Assembly: GCF_018977255.1 (NCBI RefSeq)
Contig: NW_024704743.1
Location: forward strand, 15,006,001-15,070,000
From: Callorhinchus milii
Lineage: Eukaryota
DNA: 64,000 nt
Reading direction: 5' to 3'
Position 1 is the first letter of the stretch; every line of letters begins with the position of its first letter. This document shows, one piece after another, positions 12,694 through 25,997 of the stretch. A program made the position numbers and the translations under genes. The notes under the pieces are model-generated. The model saw nothing but the letters and a program-made list of their open reading frames with translations, was not told the DNA's origin and made no database searches.

Positions 12694-13919
12694 TGTATTG
12701 TTGTTGGTTAAGGAAAGAAGAGAATTGAGGAAAGAGAAGAGCAGTGAGGCCTGGAAGGAAAGTAGGCAGTAAGTTGCAACATCAATTTAGATCATTATCG
12801 CTGCAAATGAGCTAAATTCAAATTTCCTTATTTTCATTTTTTTTTGCATAGTTGACATTCCTGTGTAGGGAAATAGTGTGATTTACAGGAAATGTTCTGG
12901 TCAAAAGACATGAAAGCTGATTAGATGGATTAACACAGTGCATGATCTATTTGTACTTTGTATTGGTCAAGATGACAAGAAACGTATTCATCTTTGTATA
13001 TATTTTCAATGTTATTCAAAGACTGATATTTTCATAATGCAGCTGATCAACAACTAAACTGTATTGCACAAATATAATATGGTAAAACTAGCATAAGTCT
13101 GATCTGTATAAATTGTATAATCACCTAAGTCGTTCAAGAATTTATATTTTATGCAAAATTGACATAACTCATACTTTGGATAAGTCATATTAAATTTATG
13201 GTCCCAACTGATACAACTTATGTGAGGTTTACTGTAATAATAGTTGAATTTGGTACAGTGTATTCAAGTCAGGAGGATGGCTCAAAGCGCTTCACAGAAT
13301 ACACTGTAAAATGCAGTGACTGCAGATTCTATAGGTGAAAAGTGGAAGCTAATTTGAACACAGCAATGCCCCACAAACAGCCTCCGTATTAAATATGATG
13401 ACTAAAGAAAGATATTATGGTGCAGTTTGCAATATTTCGCAATGGGATTCTGGTAACTGGAAGTAGGTCACACCAACCCACGGGAACTCTGCGCTGATCA
13501 ATCTATTTCTGGAGCAGAGTTCTCATGGTTTCACAGGAATTACTTATTAAGGCATCCCAGTTGAGAAAGGCATCAAATTGGCCTCCTATATTCGTGCTTA
13601 CTTTTAAACTTTGAAATCTGCCACTCAGTGAAATCCCCACTCAAGGGGATACCATTTTTAGCTTAGAGAAGTTATACAGAAATAGGCCATGCAATGAGCC
13701 ACATCACTTGCCTCCAACCCCCCCACCCCTGCCCCCACCCAGCAGGCTCCGAAAGCCTATTACCTCCATCACCCCCAAAAATAAAATTGCTCATTCACTT
13801 CATGGCTGTATGTGGGGATATTGCTGTTGAGCAAATTAGCTGCCACACTTTCCCATAAAACACAGTCACTGCAATTACAGTATATCCTATGAAGTACTAT
13901 ATTATGATTATTATTATTT

Positions 13920-14335
13920 TTATCCTTGCTCGGTTCCATTGATTCCCCATGCCCCAGCAGATCGAATTCAAGATCCTCATTCTCACCTTTCTGTCTCCTA
14001 CAACACTCCCGACTCAGCCGTTCCCTTCGGTCAGTGAGCACCTTCATGTTCTCTGCCCTATAATCCCATCATCAGTGTGCAGGCTTTCAGCCACTCTATC
14101 CGCACTTATTGGAATTCCATTATGGAGTCCCTCCCATTCGTTACCTCCCCTCGTTCAAGGTCTGTCTCAAGATGTACCCCTTTGACCACACTTTCAGTCA
14201 TCTCTTCCCTTCTTACCCGCCCCCCCACCTCCAACTCCCACTGCCCCCCGGCTCCTACCTCGAGCTTGGGTGCCCAGCCAATCATCAAGCATATTGAGAT
14301 GTCCTCCCGACACAAAAGGTGCTATAAATTACAGT
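13920..14335 (+). mobile_element. L2 3' fragment
   Basis: [13 protein letters not shown]; hairpin tail at about 14288-14330. Confidence 0.75.
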
Positions 14336-14929
14336 AAATTGTATTAAGTAGCTGTATCCCCCCACCTATCTGCATTCTATAGCTTTGTCTCTCAAATGGA
14401 TTCCAGAGCACCTCTTTGGTCTTCATGCCTTTCTGAGCCGCACAACATTCTGTGAGCTGGACAATCATTTGAGGTCAGGATGGCTTGTTGACCCCAAGGA
14501 TACAGATATAGAAGAATTAACTGCACAGTTACAAGGATTGGCATTAGTCTTTGCATCATAGTAAGAGAAATATTGAACATGAGAAAGTTAACTTGAACTT
14601 ATACAAAATCAGCTGTTATGAACCACAATGATTTATTTATGCCTTGCAGTGTTTGGAATTATTGTGCTTTCAACAGACCTCAGGTACCTCAACTACTTTG
14701 AAAACTGTTGTAAGCTGATTATTTAACTGACTGACCACAGAATACAATGAACAAGCCTCGAGCAATAATAAAGATTAGAAAAATTATTTTCCCACAGAGC
14801 AGTGAAATGTAAACTCGGCACCAGAGAATGCAGTTAGTGCTGTGTAGATTGACAGCATTAAAAATAGTCTAGAGAACTGAGCAGGAGGGGAAGAAGAAAA
14901 AAGAACATTATATGTTGAAATGTTTGAAG

Positions 14930-15250
14930 CACTTTATATGTTGAAATGTCTCAAAGTGCTTTACAGTAATTATTAAGTGCAGTATTTGTTTTTGTAGGCA
15001 AATGCAGAAGACATTTTACAAACAGCAAGGTGCCTCACATTGTCTTGAATTGAATGATGATCAATCTGAATGCACGTTGTAGCATGGAAATTTTAAAATC
15101 CACCTAAATAGGGAGATGAGACCTTTTAACATCTCTTCAGAAAGATAGCACCTCCAACAATGCAGCACTTCTCTGCATTGCACCCTGCATACATGAGACC
15201 AAATGTATGATACCAAATACCAACACCAGGCTTGAACGTACAACCTTCAG
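14930..15250 (-). mobile_element. Decayed DeuSINE-like fragment
   Basis: tttaacatctc...cagcacctcc-like...caatgcagcactt...acaaccttc. Confidence 0.55.
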
Positions 15251-17074
15251 AGCGTTACTAAACAAACACTAGGTAGAGATGGTGGGAATCTGTGTGTTCT
15301 TGAGCTGCTGAGTTGTTGAAATTGCTAAGGCAGCCGTTGCTATTATGGATGATGTGACATTTGAAGTCAAATAGATATCTGGAGACTTATTTGATTTAGT
15401 GTGTGATGACAGGAGGAAATCTCCAGAACTTTTCCTCAAGAGATGGAATGATCAGAGTCCATGATGGATTGAGAGTTCAAATAGCCATTTCACATTTCTA
15501 AAATCTTGGAATTTCTATGTTGTACAAAAGCATGAAATACGAACTTATATTTTTACTGAAATCATGTTAAACAAAAGGTTTTAATCACTATCACTAGTTT
15601 AAGATTTGTCATGGATATAAAACTTTTAACCACCTAAAATTAAAGCTGTTTATAGAATTGTATTGGCCCTGGTTTCAGCCCTCTCACTCTTTGATAAGGC
15701 ATTCTCATGTACGTTGTGTATATCTATAGAAGGTGTCCTGCCTAGCAATTCCAGTTTATATTAGAGGTTACTCTTTGTATATGTGGTTCTGCATTGTAGC
15801 TATCTGGGCTCTGCAGTGTATATCTACGATTTCTGATGTGTTTGAAACCTGAGGTCCTACTCCCACTAAATACAGATTGGGTCATTTTTGCAAATGATGC
15901 TTGGAAAGATATTCCCTGCTTTGTGATACATTGCCATGCTTTAGAAATAATGGGACAAATTACCACGGTAATATTGACATAAATCACACAGGGCTTCCGT
16001 TGCTCTGTGTGACGAGGTGAGACAAGACCTCAGTTTTCATAAATTGCCAGGAGATGCACCAAGTACTGACATGTTTAAAAGCCTTTTTTTTTTAAAAATA
16101 ACCCAAATTGCTTTCAGATTTTTCTTTGTGTGCTGTTTCTCTGAGTTTTCAGTTTAATGTGGTGTTCCAACGAGGTTGAAATATATAATATATTTCACTT
16201 CATCCATAAAATATATAGTTGATCTACTTTACAGTATATTATGTGAAACGCTTTGAAATGTCTCAATAATGTATATCAAATGCAAGGATTATTATTATTA
16301 TTATTATTAAGATACAACAACCCTTTATATTCCATATTAAGAGCTGTCACTCCCGCATAGGAATTTAACACACAACCTTTTGCTGCATAACGTTTTTCAA
16401 TCCATTGAAGAAGATTTTTCATTGATGAGAAAGATGTAAATGGTGAACATGTTCTTCCGACCAATGTGTTTGGCATCACATACTAAGCAGAGAGTTTTAG
16501 AGCTTCACAGTCTGATCCCATATCTTAAAATGCTTTTAGCCTGGTTTTATATATTTGCAACATCTATTGTTTTTGTAGCATTATTGATCCATTTTATTAG
16601 TGTACGCAGAAATGAAACATTATTTTAGCTACAAGAACGTTAATAGAATGTTACAGCACAGAAGGAGGCCATTCACTGCATCAAGTCTCTGCTTGTGTCT
16701 TTCTCCTCATTATTTTTTTCTAACCTCTCTTTTAATTCTTTTTGTGATTATCTTAAGTTTGTGAGCTCTCATTACTCACTAACTAACCAGTGTAAATAAT
16801 CTAACGCTATTTACCCTATCACAACCCTTCATAATAAAAACAGAACATTTAGAGATTGTTAGAATAGAGACAGGTCAATCAGCACATTGCTGATTTCTGC
16901 TGCTTCTATTTCTTTTTGATTACCCTTTTCATTAATCAGATTTTCCAGCTATTTTCCCATATTACTTAATATTTTACTACTCAGCTGCTTATCCAATTCA
17001 CTTTGGAATGATTCAGTTGAAGAGTCTCAATGAAAATCCTTCTAACTTCTCTCTTGATTCTTCAGCTAAGAATC

Positions 17075-17470
17075 CTTTCAAGGCCCTCCACGGCCTTGCC
17101 CCTTATATCTTTGACCCCCTATCAACTTGTCTGCTCCCTCCACTCAGCAGGCTCCGGCCAGCTCCAGGTCTCAACAACAAAAACAAGATTACATTTGTAC
17201 AGCGCCTTTCATGTCGGGAGGACGTCCCAAGGCGCTTTCAGCCTCTCTGCCCCACTCTTCGGCACTCCATCCCACAATCCCTTCGCCTCACTCTCTCTCT
17301 TGCCTCCTTCAAGGCACAACTCAAGACCCTCCTTTGTGACCGGGCCTTCAGCCGCCCTCCTACCCAACCCTGCCCCCCCATGCTCAGGTCCTGATCCCTG
17401 ACTGTTCGGCCTTGGGAAGTCCTCCCGAAGTGAAAAGAGCTTTACAAATGTAATTTTGTTGTTGCTGTTC
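17075..17470 (+). mobile_element. L2 3' fragment containing an antisense solo L2 tail (17172-17236)
   Basis: FKALHGLAP...FKAQLKTLL; tail at about 17405-17470. Confidence 0.8.
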
Positions 17471-17544
17471 AACACTAATCTTAAAAAGCTCTAACTTTTT
17501 CAGTGCTTGTGAAAATCTCCAATTTCACAAATCTCGCATCATAA

Positions 17545-18260
17545 TTAAAACCCTCTTCTGTGGCGTCAGCCTAATGAATCTATGCTGCTCTATAATGAGG
17601 TGCACAAAACTGTACACAGTACTCCAGCTATAGCTTAACCAAGATCACGTACAAGATCACAATCGGATCCTATCTTTTGTTTTCCATCTCTTTAAAATCA
17701 AAACAGGTCTTTTTATGACCTTATCTTATGGTGAAAGCAGATTTGATAGTAGCTTTCAAAGGGAATTGGATAGGTATTTGAAAAGGAAAAAATTGGGGGA
17801 GTGGGACAAGTTGGATAGCTCTTCCAAAGAGTTGGCACAGGCAAGTAGGGCCGAATGGCTTCCTTCTGTGCTGTAAGATTCTATGATTCTATCTACCTGT
17901 GCTGCTATCTTTAACCTTTGTATGTGCAAACCAAGATCCATCTGCATCTCTAATGCATTTAAAATCTTGCATCATAAATTGTATTTCCTTTCCCTTATTA
18001 TCACCAAAACATACTACTTCATAGCTATTTTTTACATTCAACTGCATCTCGTATTGATCTGTCCTTGATCTGCCCAACCCTGCTATTTATTGTTGTTCTG
18101 CAGCTTTCAAACTCTTTGTCACAATTTGCCATTGCCTCTTTGGTGTTATTAGCAAATTTCATATTGTAATTCTCATGCTCAGGTCATTAATGTAAATGAT
18201 AAACAAGAACAGCGCCACTAGAGAAGCTTCTGGAACACCATTCACTTCATCTTCACAGTT
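17545..18260 (-). mobile_element. Old CR1 fragment interrupted by a younger plus-strand CR1 3' end (17727-17892)
   Basis: Similar to the 26398-27080 CR1 (aactgtacacagtactccag, ttatctacctgt); insert ends ttctatgattct. Confidence 0.7.
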
Positions 18261-19539
18261 CAAAAAAAACCTTCCTTTTATCACTTATTATTTGTTTTAT
18301 ACTCTTTATCTATTATTTTTCATTTTTTTCAATGGTCATCAAGCATTTATAATGATAATAATAACAACCCTTGCATTTGATATAGTGCCCACCATGTTAC
18401 TGAGACGTCTCAAAGCGCTTCACCGAATATACTCTAAAGTGAATTGACTGTATATTTTATGGGCAAAATATTAATTTAATATTTTATTACTTTAAAAATG
18501 TATGAACAGTACACTATATTCTATTCTAAATGTGTGCTTCTGTGCTCCCATTAGTTTATAAATCAGTAGCTAGGAGACATAAAATGGAGCCAGGCTGTAA
18601 ACAGCAATCCACACCACAAAACTTTTGTACACTGGAACTATGATGGTCTGACAACCAACGTCCTTATGAGCTGCTCCTTTGGTCGTTCATGATTATACTG
18701 GGGGAAATCCAATTGGCTGCCAACATCACCAAAAGCACTATGGATTCAGCCTTAGCATTAACCTCTCAATGGCTGATTCATAAAATTTGATAAACTTAGT
18801 GCATTGCCCAGTAACTTTTAATAGACAGAAACTTTTCATAAGTATCTGTATAAGGATTGCTAAGTGATCTAGCAACATCAAGTGGCAGAATGTAGGTACT
18901 GCACTAACTCTTATTCTCAACACAAACCCAGGCCGACTGCTTCACATCAAACCTTACTCAACACCCAATTATTTGGCTGGACAAATAAAAATACATCTCC
19001 ACAGGGCTTTCTTCTTATTGAAGTGAATAAGGTCAAAAAACAACCATTAAAGGTTGGAACATCAGAACTTTGTGTTTCTCCAACGTGATGTGAATGTTCT
19101 GATGTGCAACAATAATTTGATTTATCGTCCTTTCACTTAGTATAATGTCTTGGAGTCAATATGTGGCAGTTTTGGTGCTGAACAAGAAGGAAAATAGAGG
19201 GTTAAGTGACCACAGGTCAAAGTGGTAGGCGGAGGAATCGAATTCCAGAGATTAGGGGTGTAGTGGCCAAATACCAAACAACATGGACTAAATTGACTAG
19301 AATAGGCATCCCTTCTGATCTTTCTGGAGGCTTTTGCCTTCAGGAAGGCACACACATAATAGCAAAAACCTGCAGGATGACAAATAAATTAGTGCAATGG
19401 GCAGATCAGTGGTAGCTGAAGTTTAATTAAGCTATATGTGAAATGATTCATTTTGGCAGTATCTTGAAAGTAGGAAAGGAGCAAAGAGAATGAGATTTGC
19501 AAGTACATAAGAGCTTGAAAGCGGCAGTGCAAGTGGAAA

Positions 19540-20010
19540 TGACGGTGAAACAAGCTAACAGCAATCTGGATTTTATACATAGGGGCACAGAGTATAAAAG
19601 TAAACCAATATTAACTTTGTACAAATCATTAGTTTAGCCGCAACTCACTTCAGGAAAGATGTTAAGGCCTTGGAGGTGGTGGAGAGGAGATTTATGAGAT
19701 TGATATCAGGGATGAGGGGCTTTAGTTATGAGAAGAAATTGGAGAAGCATTGGAGCGGAGGATGTTGAGAAGGGACCCCCATAGAGGTATACAAAATTCT
19801 GAGTGGTATTGATTAGAAGCCATAATTAAAAAATAGTCACAAGAAGAATGAAAGGAGAACTTGGGTATTTTTTTCCAGAGTCCACTGTGGGTTTCAAGAA
19901 GTAGACTGGTATATGAAAGGTAGAGGGTTGAAGGGTTATGGGGATATGGCAGGGAGTGGGATTGAATGAACACCTTGCTCAGAATCAGAGCAGACCTGAT
20001 GGGCTGAATC
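19540..20010 (+). mobile_element. Decayed CR1 fragment
   Basis: aggggcacagagtataaaag, aggaaagatgttaaggccttggag, gatgggctgaatcgcct. Confidence 0.7.
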
Positions 20011-20014
20011 GCCT

Positions 20015-20632
20015 CCAACTGCCTTCGCCCACCTCTGCAACATTGCCCATCTCTTCCATCACCTCTCTCTTCAGGTTCTCACCCATGCTTATCATGTCCA
20101 GGCTTGACGATGCTAATTCCCTGCTTGCTGGACTTCCCAAACTTCCCTCCAGAAGCTGCAGATTATTCAGAACTCTGCAACTCGTGTCCTTCTAGCACCA
20201 AACTGCGTGACCTGAACACCCCTATCCTCACCCGGCTTCACTGGCTCCTAACCATCCCCCAGAGGATCACATTTCAGATCCTCATCTTCACTTTTAAATC
20301 CCTCCACAGTCTTGCTCCTCCCTACCTCTGCGACCTACTAAAACCTTAGCAACCTCCCCGCTCCCTCCGCTCGGTAGCCACTGGCTTGTTCCACACCCCC
20401 TGTCCTGCCCACCATTGGCAGCCAGGTCTTAGCCTTGCCCTCTCCCTTTCCTCCTTCATGGCCCTTCTCAAGACCTTCCTCTTTGAAGATGCCTTCAGTC
20501 ATCTTCCCACCCTCCACCTCTCTTACGAGTCTTGACCCTCCAACTCGTGGGGGAAACCCTTGACTGTAATGCCGAGGGACATCCTCTTGATATGAAAGGC
20601 GCGCTACTGTATAAATGCAATTTATTTTTGTT
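20015..20632 (+). mobile_element. L2 3' fragment
   Basis: MSRLDDANSLLAGLP; TPILTRLHWL; FKSLHSLAPPYLCDLL. Confidence 0.82.
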
Positions 20633-21740
20633 GTTCTGTTAATTTCTACGATTCCACGATTCTAATCAACACCAGCAGAAAGTAGCTGAAAGGGAACTTG
20701 GATCAAAATTGGATTCAAGACCAACTCCTAGGAAGACCAGCACTCCATTACCAGAGTTTATAAAGTTGGGCTGCAGGACAGGAACTGTGAAAAAAGAACA
20801 TGAGCAGAGAAGAGAAAAACATATCTTCATCAGCAGCTGATAGCAAGTTGATAAATATAGCCTCGAGGTGGTAACACAGTTTCCTGTATGACAGAGGGAA
20901 GAGCTGATGTATTTTGAGTCTTGTTCAAAGATTTTCTGGTGGTCTTTGACATTCAATTTGTATCATTTTCAATGTTTTGATGTGTCCTGGCTATGGACGC
21001 ATCGTGATGACACTTGAACATTGCTTATGTACTTCAATAAGCTGATAGATTTCTGAATGTTTTGCACAATACTAGCCCAGGCTGTGGCTCAATACTGTGG
21101 ATTTGAAAAGACTGCTTGTGTTCCAAAACAGATTTTTTCAATTCCATCACTGGAGTAAAAGATTGAAAGTTTGTTCAAACTTCACCCTTCTACACTGTGC
21201 TTCAATGGCATTTTGCCCATTTACTGCCACCAATACAAAAGCCTACATCACTTGCAAGAGCCAAGTGGCTCCTTTCCATGCATAAATTCGCAATATGTTG
21301 ACAAAGCATTTATAGTTTCGATCATTGCTCAAACTTTCATTGGAAGTGAGGAAATCTAGAGCAGTCAAACTCAATGCAGAGCAAAGATGGCCATTTTTCT
21401 GAAAGCTGAATTGTTTATTCTTATCAAGCAATTCAAGTAAACAAGCTTTTTTTTCGATGAACAGCAAGGTTTATAAAGTTGTGAAATTGAATTTAAGCAA
21501 GCTGTTTACATATTCCTTTGCTGCATTTTCACTGTATCAGTTATTCATTGCCTCTGTGCTGTCTGCATCAGTCATTTGTGTATTTTCAGTCCATTTTTCT
21601 TCCAAAGGTATTAATGCAGCAATTCATTGTTGAGCTTATTGAGGCTCATTGAGGCCACCCTTGAAGCAACACATGTCTAAGAGCATAAAAGGTTATTGAA
21701 CCTTGGGGGTAATTAACAATAATTACCAAAAATGTATTGC

Positions 21741-22250
21741 AACAAAATTACATTTGTATAGTGCCTTTCACATTGGGAAGACGTCCCAAGGCACTGGACA
21801 ATCAGTGTTTCAGACCCGAGCTGGGGGTCGGGATCGGGGAGAGTGGAGGGCAGGGGGGAGAAGGAGGGTGAAAAGGAGTGTTTTCAAATCCCTCCACTCC
21901 TCTGCACCCCCCTACCTCTCTGACTTCCTCTCTCCTCAAAACAGTACCCGTTGCCTTCGTTCCTCCGGGTCTGGCCTCCTCCTCGTTCCCGAGTCCTCTG
22001 CTCCACCCTCGGCGGCTGTGCCTTCAGCCACTATGCCCGAGGCTCTGGAACTCCCTTCCTCACTCCTTTTGCCTCACGCCCTCTCTTCCCATTTTCAGGT
22101 CTCTGCTGAAGACCTTTCTCTTCTACCGCGCCTTTAGTCACTTTCCTCCCCCTCCCCGTGGCTCGGTGCCGGGATCCGTTACTGTAAACCACTCTGAGAC
22201 GCCATCCGGCGTGGAGGGTGCTACATAAATCCAAGTTGTTGTTGTTGTTG
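21741..22250. mobile_element. Head-to-head L2 3' fragments (21741-21880 minus; 21880-22250 plus)
   Basis: A-type tail on minus; FKSLHSSAPPYLSD with B-type tail and (TTG)n on plus. Confidence 0.8.
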
Positions 22251-23880
22251 AGACGGGTCTTGAAGGCGGCAAGGGAGGGGGTGAGGCGGTGGAACTGTAG
22301 GATGGAGTTTCAGAGGATGAAGGCAGAGTGGCTGAGTGCCCGCCCGCCATTGGTTAGCTCTCATCCAGTACTTGATTGACAGACATTCTGTTAGAACAGC
22401 AGTGGTCCTGGAGTCGAGGGTGGAGGCAGAGATAGAGTTGGGTGTCATCCGCATACATGTGGAAGTTGACCCCGTGTGGATGATGTCACCAAGAGGGAGT
22501 ATATAGATATTGAAGAGGAGGGTCCCAAGGACAGAGCCCTGAGGAATGCCACACGAGACATTGCGGGGGCTAGAGGAGAAATCATTTGTAGAGATGAAGT
22601 GGAGGCGGTGTGAGAGGTAGGATCTGAACCAGTCAAGACAGAGCTGTGAAGGTTGAGGTGAGAGGAGAGATGATGAGGATTGAGTGGTCAACGGTACCGA
22701 AGGCAGCAGAGAGGTCAAGGAGGACAAGGAGGCAGAGACAGTCCTAGTCACAGATGGACAAAATGTCATTTGTCACTTTGACCAAAGCTGTTTCTGTGCT
22801 GTGGGCGGCACAGAAACCCGATTGGAGGGGTTCGTGAAAGGAGTGACCAGAGAGGAAGGAGCGAAGCTGGGAAGCAACAATTCATTCTAGGACCTTGAAA
22901 GGAAAGGGAGTTTGGAGATATGGCAGTAATTTGAGAGCAGTGATGGGACTAGGGAGGGTTTTTTTTAAGGATAGGAGTGATGTTTGACATTTTTAAAGGG
23001 GTGGGAACGGTGCCAGTGGACATGGAGAGGTTTATGATGTCTGTGAGTAGAGGGGCAAGGAGGTGGAGCTCGGAGATAAGGCGAGGGGTAGGGATGGGGT
23101 TGAGGGAGCAGGTGGCCGGTTTCATGTGGGTTATAGTGGTGGTGAGAGAGGAGGGGGAAGACATGTTTGAATGTGTGGAGGGAGAGATGGGTAGGGGCCG
23201 GGGTGAGAGGAGGAGATGTGAGGGGGTAGAATCCCAGAGGGGGAGGGCAGAGGCAGCAGAACAGATCCCCTCGACTTTGGTTTCGAGTAAGTTCAGCATC
23301 TCCTCTCAGTTGGTGTTGGAAGAGAGGATGGGCGAGACGTGAGAAGGTGAGAGGAGGAGCCGGTTGGTGATGGAGAAGAGGAGCCTGGGATTGTCCTTGG
23401 CCTCCAAGATTGTCTTGGAGTAGAAGGACGATTTAGCAGAGGCAAGGGCTGAGTGGTACGTTTTGGTAAGGTCCAGCCAGATCTGCCGATGGACTGTTAA
23501 GTTGGATTCGAGACAGGTGCGTTCAGCAGCAGACACCTGTGCCTTGAGGGAGCAAGATGGCTGGTGTACCAGGGTGACTTCTGTGAGTCGGAAGCAGTTC
23601 AGAAAGTGAGGGCAACAAGGGTATCGAGAGTGGTGGGGAGGGAGTTGTGAAGGAGAGTGACCGAAGAGGATAGGTCATTGAGGGAGGAAGCCCAGAAGGG
23701 GAGGTGTTCAGATGACTCCAATGCAGTGGAGAGGGAGGGGCAGGTAGATTTATTTTCAGTGGCAGTAGAAGATGGAGATGGATTGAGGGGTTAAGGGAGA
23801 TAAAGTCATGGTCTGAGATGGCTTTGTCGGTGATGGTGAGGTCCGAGTTGCTGAGGCCCCTGGTGATCACCAGGTTGAAG
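22251..23880 (-). mobile_element. L2-clade LINE ORF2 remnant (endonuclease C-terminus and RT), frameshifted
   Basis: Fragments read AISDH (EN), [58 protein letters not shown]. Confidence 0.9.
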
Positions 23881-24049
23881 TTACCAGGTTACCAATAGAG
23901 TCCACACTGCAATATGAGAAGTTGGATGGCTCTTCACCAGTCACTGGATCCTGGGTGTAATATATGTCTTTAACAACAAACCTGATGACACATATCCTTG
24001 CCAGGTTGTTGTTGGCAATGCCCTTGTCAGTTTCCTTCATCTATATTAC

Positions 24050-24440
24050 AAAGTTGAGGTTGAGCCCCACATCAGGAGTTGAGGTCATCGGGTCTGCATT
24101 GTTGGAGGTGCAGAATGAAACATTAACTTTGACGTCAACTCTGAATGAAACTTTAAACTGAGGTTTATTCTGCTTGTTTAGATGGATGTTAACAATCCCA
24201 CAGCACAATTTGAAGAGGAGTTGAGAGGTTCTCCTGGTCTTCGAGCCAATATTCCTTTCTCATTCAAATTCTTAAAAAAAAGAAATGGTAATTTATTCAA
24301 TTGCTGTTGATGGGACTCTGCTGACGCAGATCAGATCTTGCATTTGTCTACTTAAAAATCACAAAAATTCATAGTAACTGTGTGAAGAGAGCTTTGAGAT
24401 GTTTCAATCTGACACCGTGCAAAATCAAATGCAAATGTAT
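24050..24440 (+). mobile_element. Decayed DeuSINE-like element
   Basis: atgaaactttaaactgagg...atttgaagaggag...gccaatattcct...ttgctgttgatgggac. Confidence 0.62.
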
Positions 24441-25109
24441 TATTTAGTTATGTCAATGTGAGGGATGGCACATTTGCATACTGACTTGGTTCATTTAGTG
24501 TAGTTTTGAACTTGGCTGAGGAAGTTAACTGTTCAGGCAATTTGTTCATCCATTTGTGTGAAATTCACAGCTCTGCCTCCATGGACGCTTGTGATGTCAG
24601 TGTTCAAATGTATTACCTTAAAGACTTTTTCACAGTGTTGTGTGGCCAGCAACCAGCTCTCCTGAGAATGCCGAGGAAGCCTAATACACAATATTAAGGT
24701 GCACTTTTCCACCAATGGCTACTCCCAGAAAACAACAAATAACAGCAAAGTTATATTTGTATCGTGCCTTTCACATCAGGAGGACGTCCCAAGGTGCTGG
24801 AACAATCCTGCTAGTTCGTTTTAGGTCTATGAACAGAATAGTGTAATGCAAGTTCAGAATAAGATCTGGATATTGAAGAAAAATGTTATTCTTGACATGT
24901 TTACTTTATCCAAAGTGGCAGAATAACATTTGCTAGGATCTATAGAGGTATAGGTATTCAACAACAACAACAACAAATTACATTTGTTAGAGCTTTTCAT
25001 GTTGGGAGGCCATTCCAAAGCACCAGTATACAGGTATGGGCCGAATGGCCTTCTTCTGTGCCGTAAGTTTCTATGGTTCTATAATGTGTGCTTGTCGGCA
25101 TAAAAGTTC

Positions 25110-25375
25110 ATAGAATCATAGAATTATACAGCACAGAAGGAGGCCATTCGGCCCATCGTGTCTGTGGCGGCTCTTTGATAGGAGCTATCCAATTCAATCC
25201 CACTCCCCCGCTCTCTCCCCATAGCCCTGTAAACTCCACAAATAATTATCTACTTTTCTCTTAAAAGCTGTTATCAAATCGGCTTCCACCACCCTTTCAG
25301 GCAATGCAATCCCAATAACTCACTGCGTGAAAAAATTTCTCCTCACCTCCCCTCTGTTTCTTTTAACAACTATTT
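25110..25375 (-). mobile_element. CR1 3' fragment
   Basis: atagaatcatagaa...gaaggaggccattcggcccatc end motif. Confidence 0.82.
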
Positions 25376-25689
25376 TATCGGTTCCCACCAAAAATAGCTG
25401 ATCTTAATGAGGTCTCTTATAGATTGCATTGCGGGCAACAGATACGAGAAGTGGAGCAAGCCTGACCTCTGCTGGCGTTACTGATCAAATACTTCAAGCA
25501 GGGCCTGTTATTGTGCCCCTTCTCAAATTTACTGCAAAGGTAGGCAGCTGGAGGGGCTGTCGTCCCATTTGCACCCCTAGGTCTCTGACATTTTAAACAG
25601 CAGTACAGTACAGAACAGCACATTCACCCCATAAAGACCTTTACATTTCCTGCCCTTTCTCTCTCTCTCTTTATTTCACTGTCTGTGCC

Positions 25690-25997
25690 TGAATTCAATT
25701 CCCGGGCAGGGCGAAACATTGGGCAAGCTTCCTTACTCCTGCCTGTTTACCGAGCAGAAACTAGGAAACCTGATTGCTCATCAAATGGCGGATCGCTTTT
25801 CCAGCGGTAATAATCCCTCAAAACAAAGTTGGTCACTCATTCCACGACTGTTTGTGGGGCACCGCTGCATGCAATTGGCTGCCGAGTTTCACCCACAAAA
25901 TATACAGTCAATTCACTTTTTACAGTATGTTCTGTAAAGCACTTTCGGATGTCTAGAAGATATGATAAGGCGCTATATCAAATACAAGGATTATTAT
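25690..25997 (+). mobile_element. tRNA-derived SINE (long-body), 5' truncated
   Basis: Starts at B box; gggcgaaacattgggcaag...gcgctatatcaaatacaaggattatt. Confidence 0.8.

Noticed and set aside
14908..14962. Short tandem duplications (also 34848-34870 and about 51998-52030)
   Set aside because: Ordinary local slippage with no sign of function
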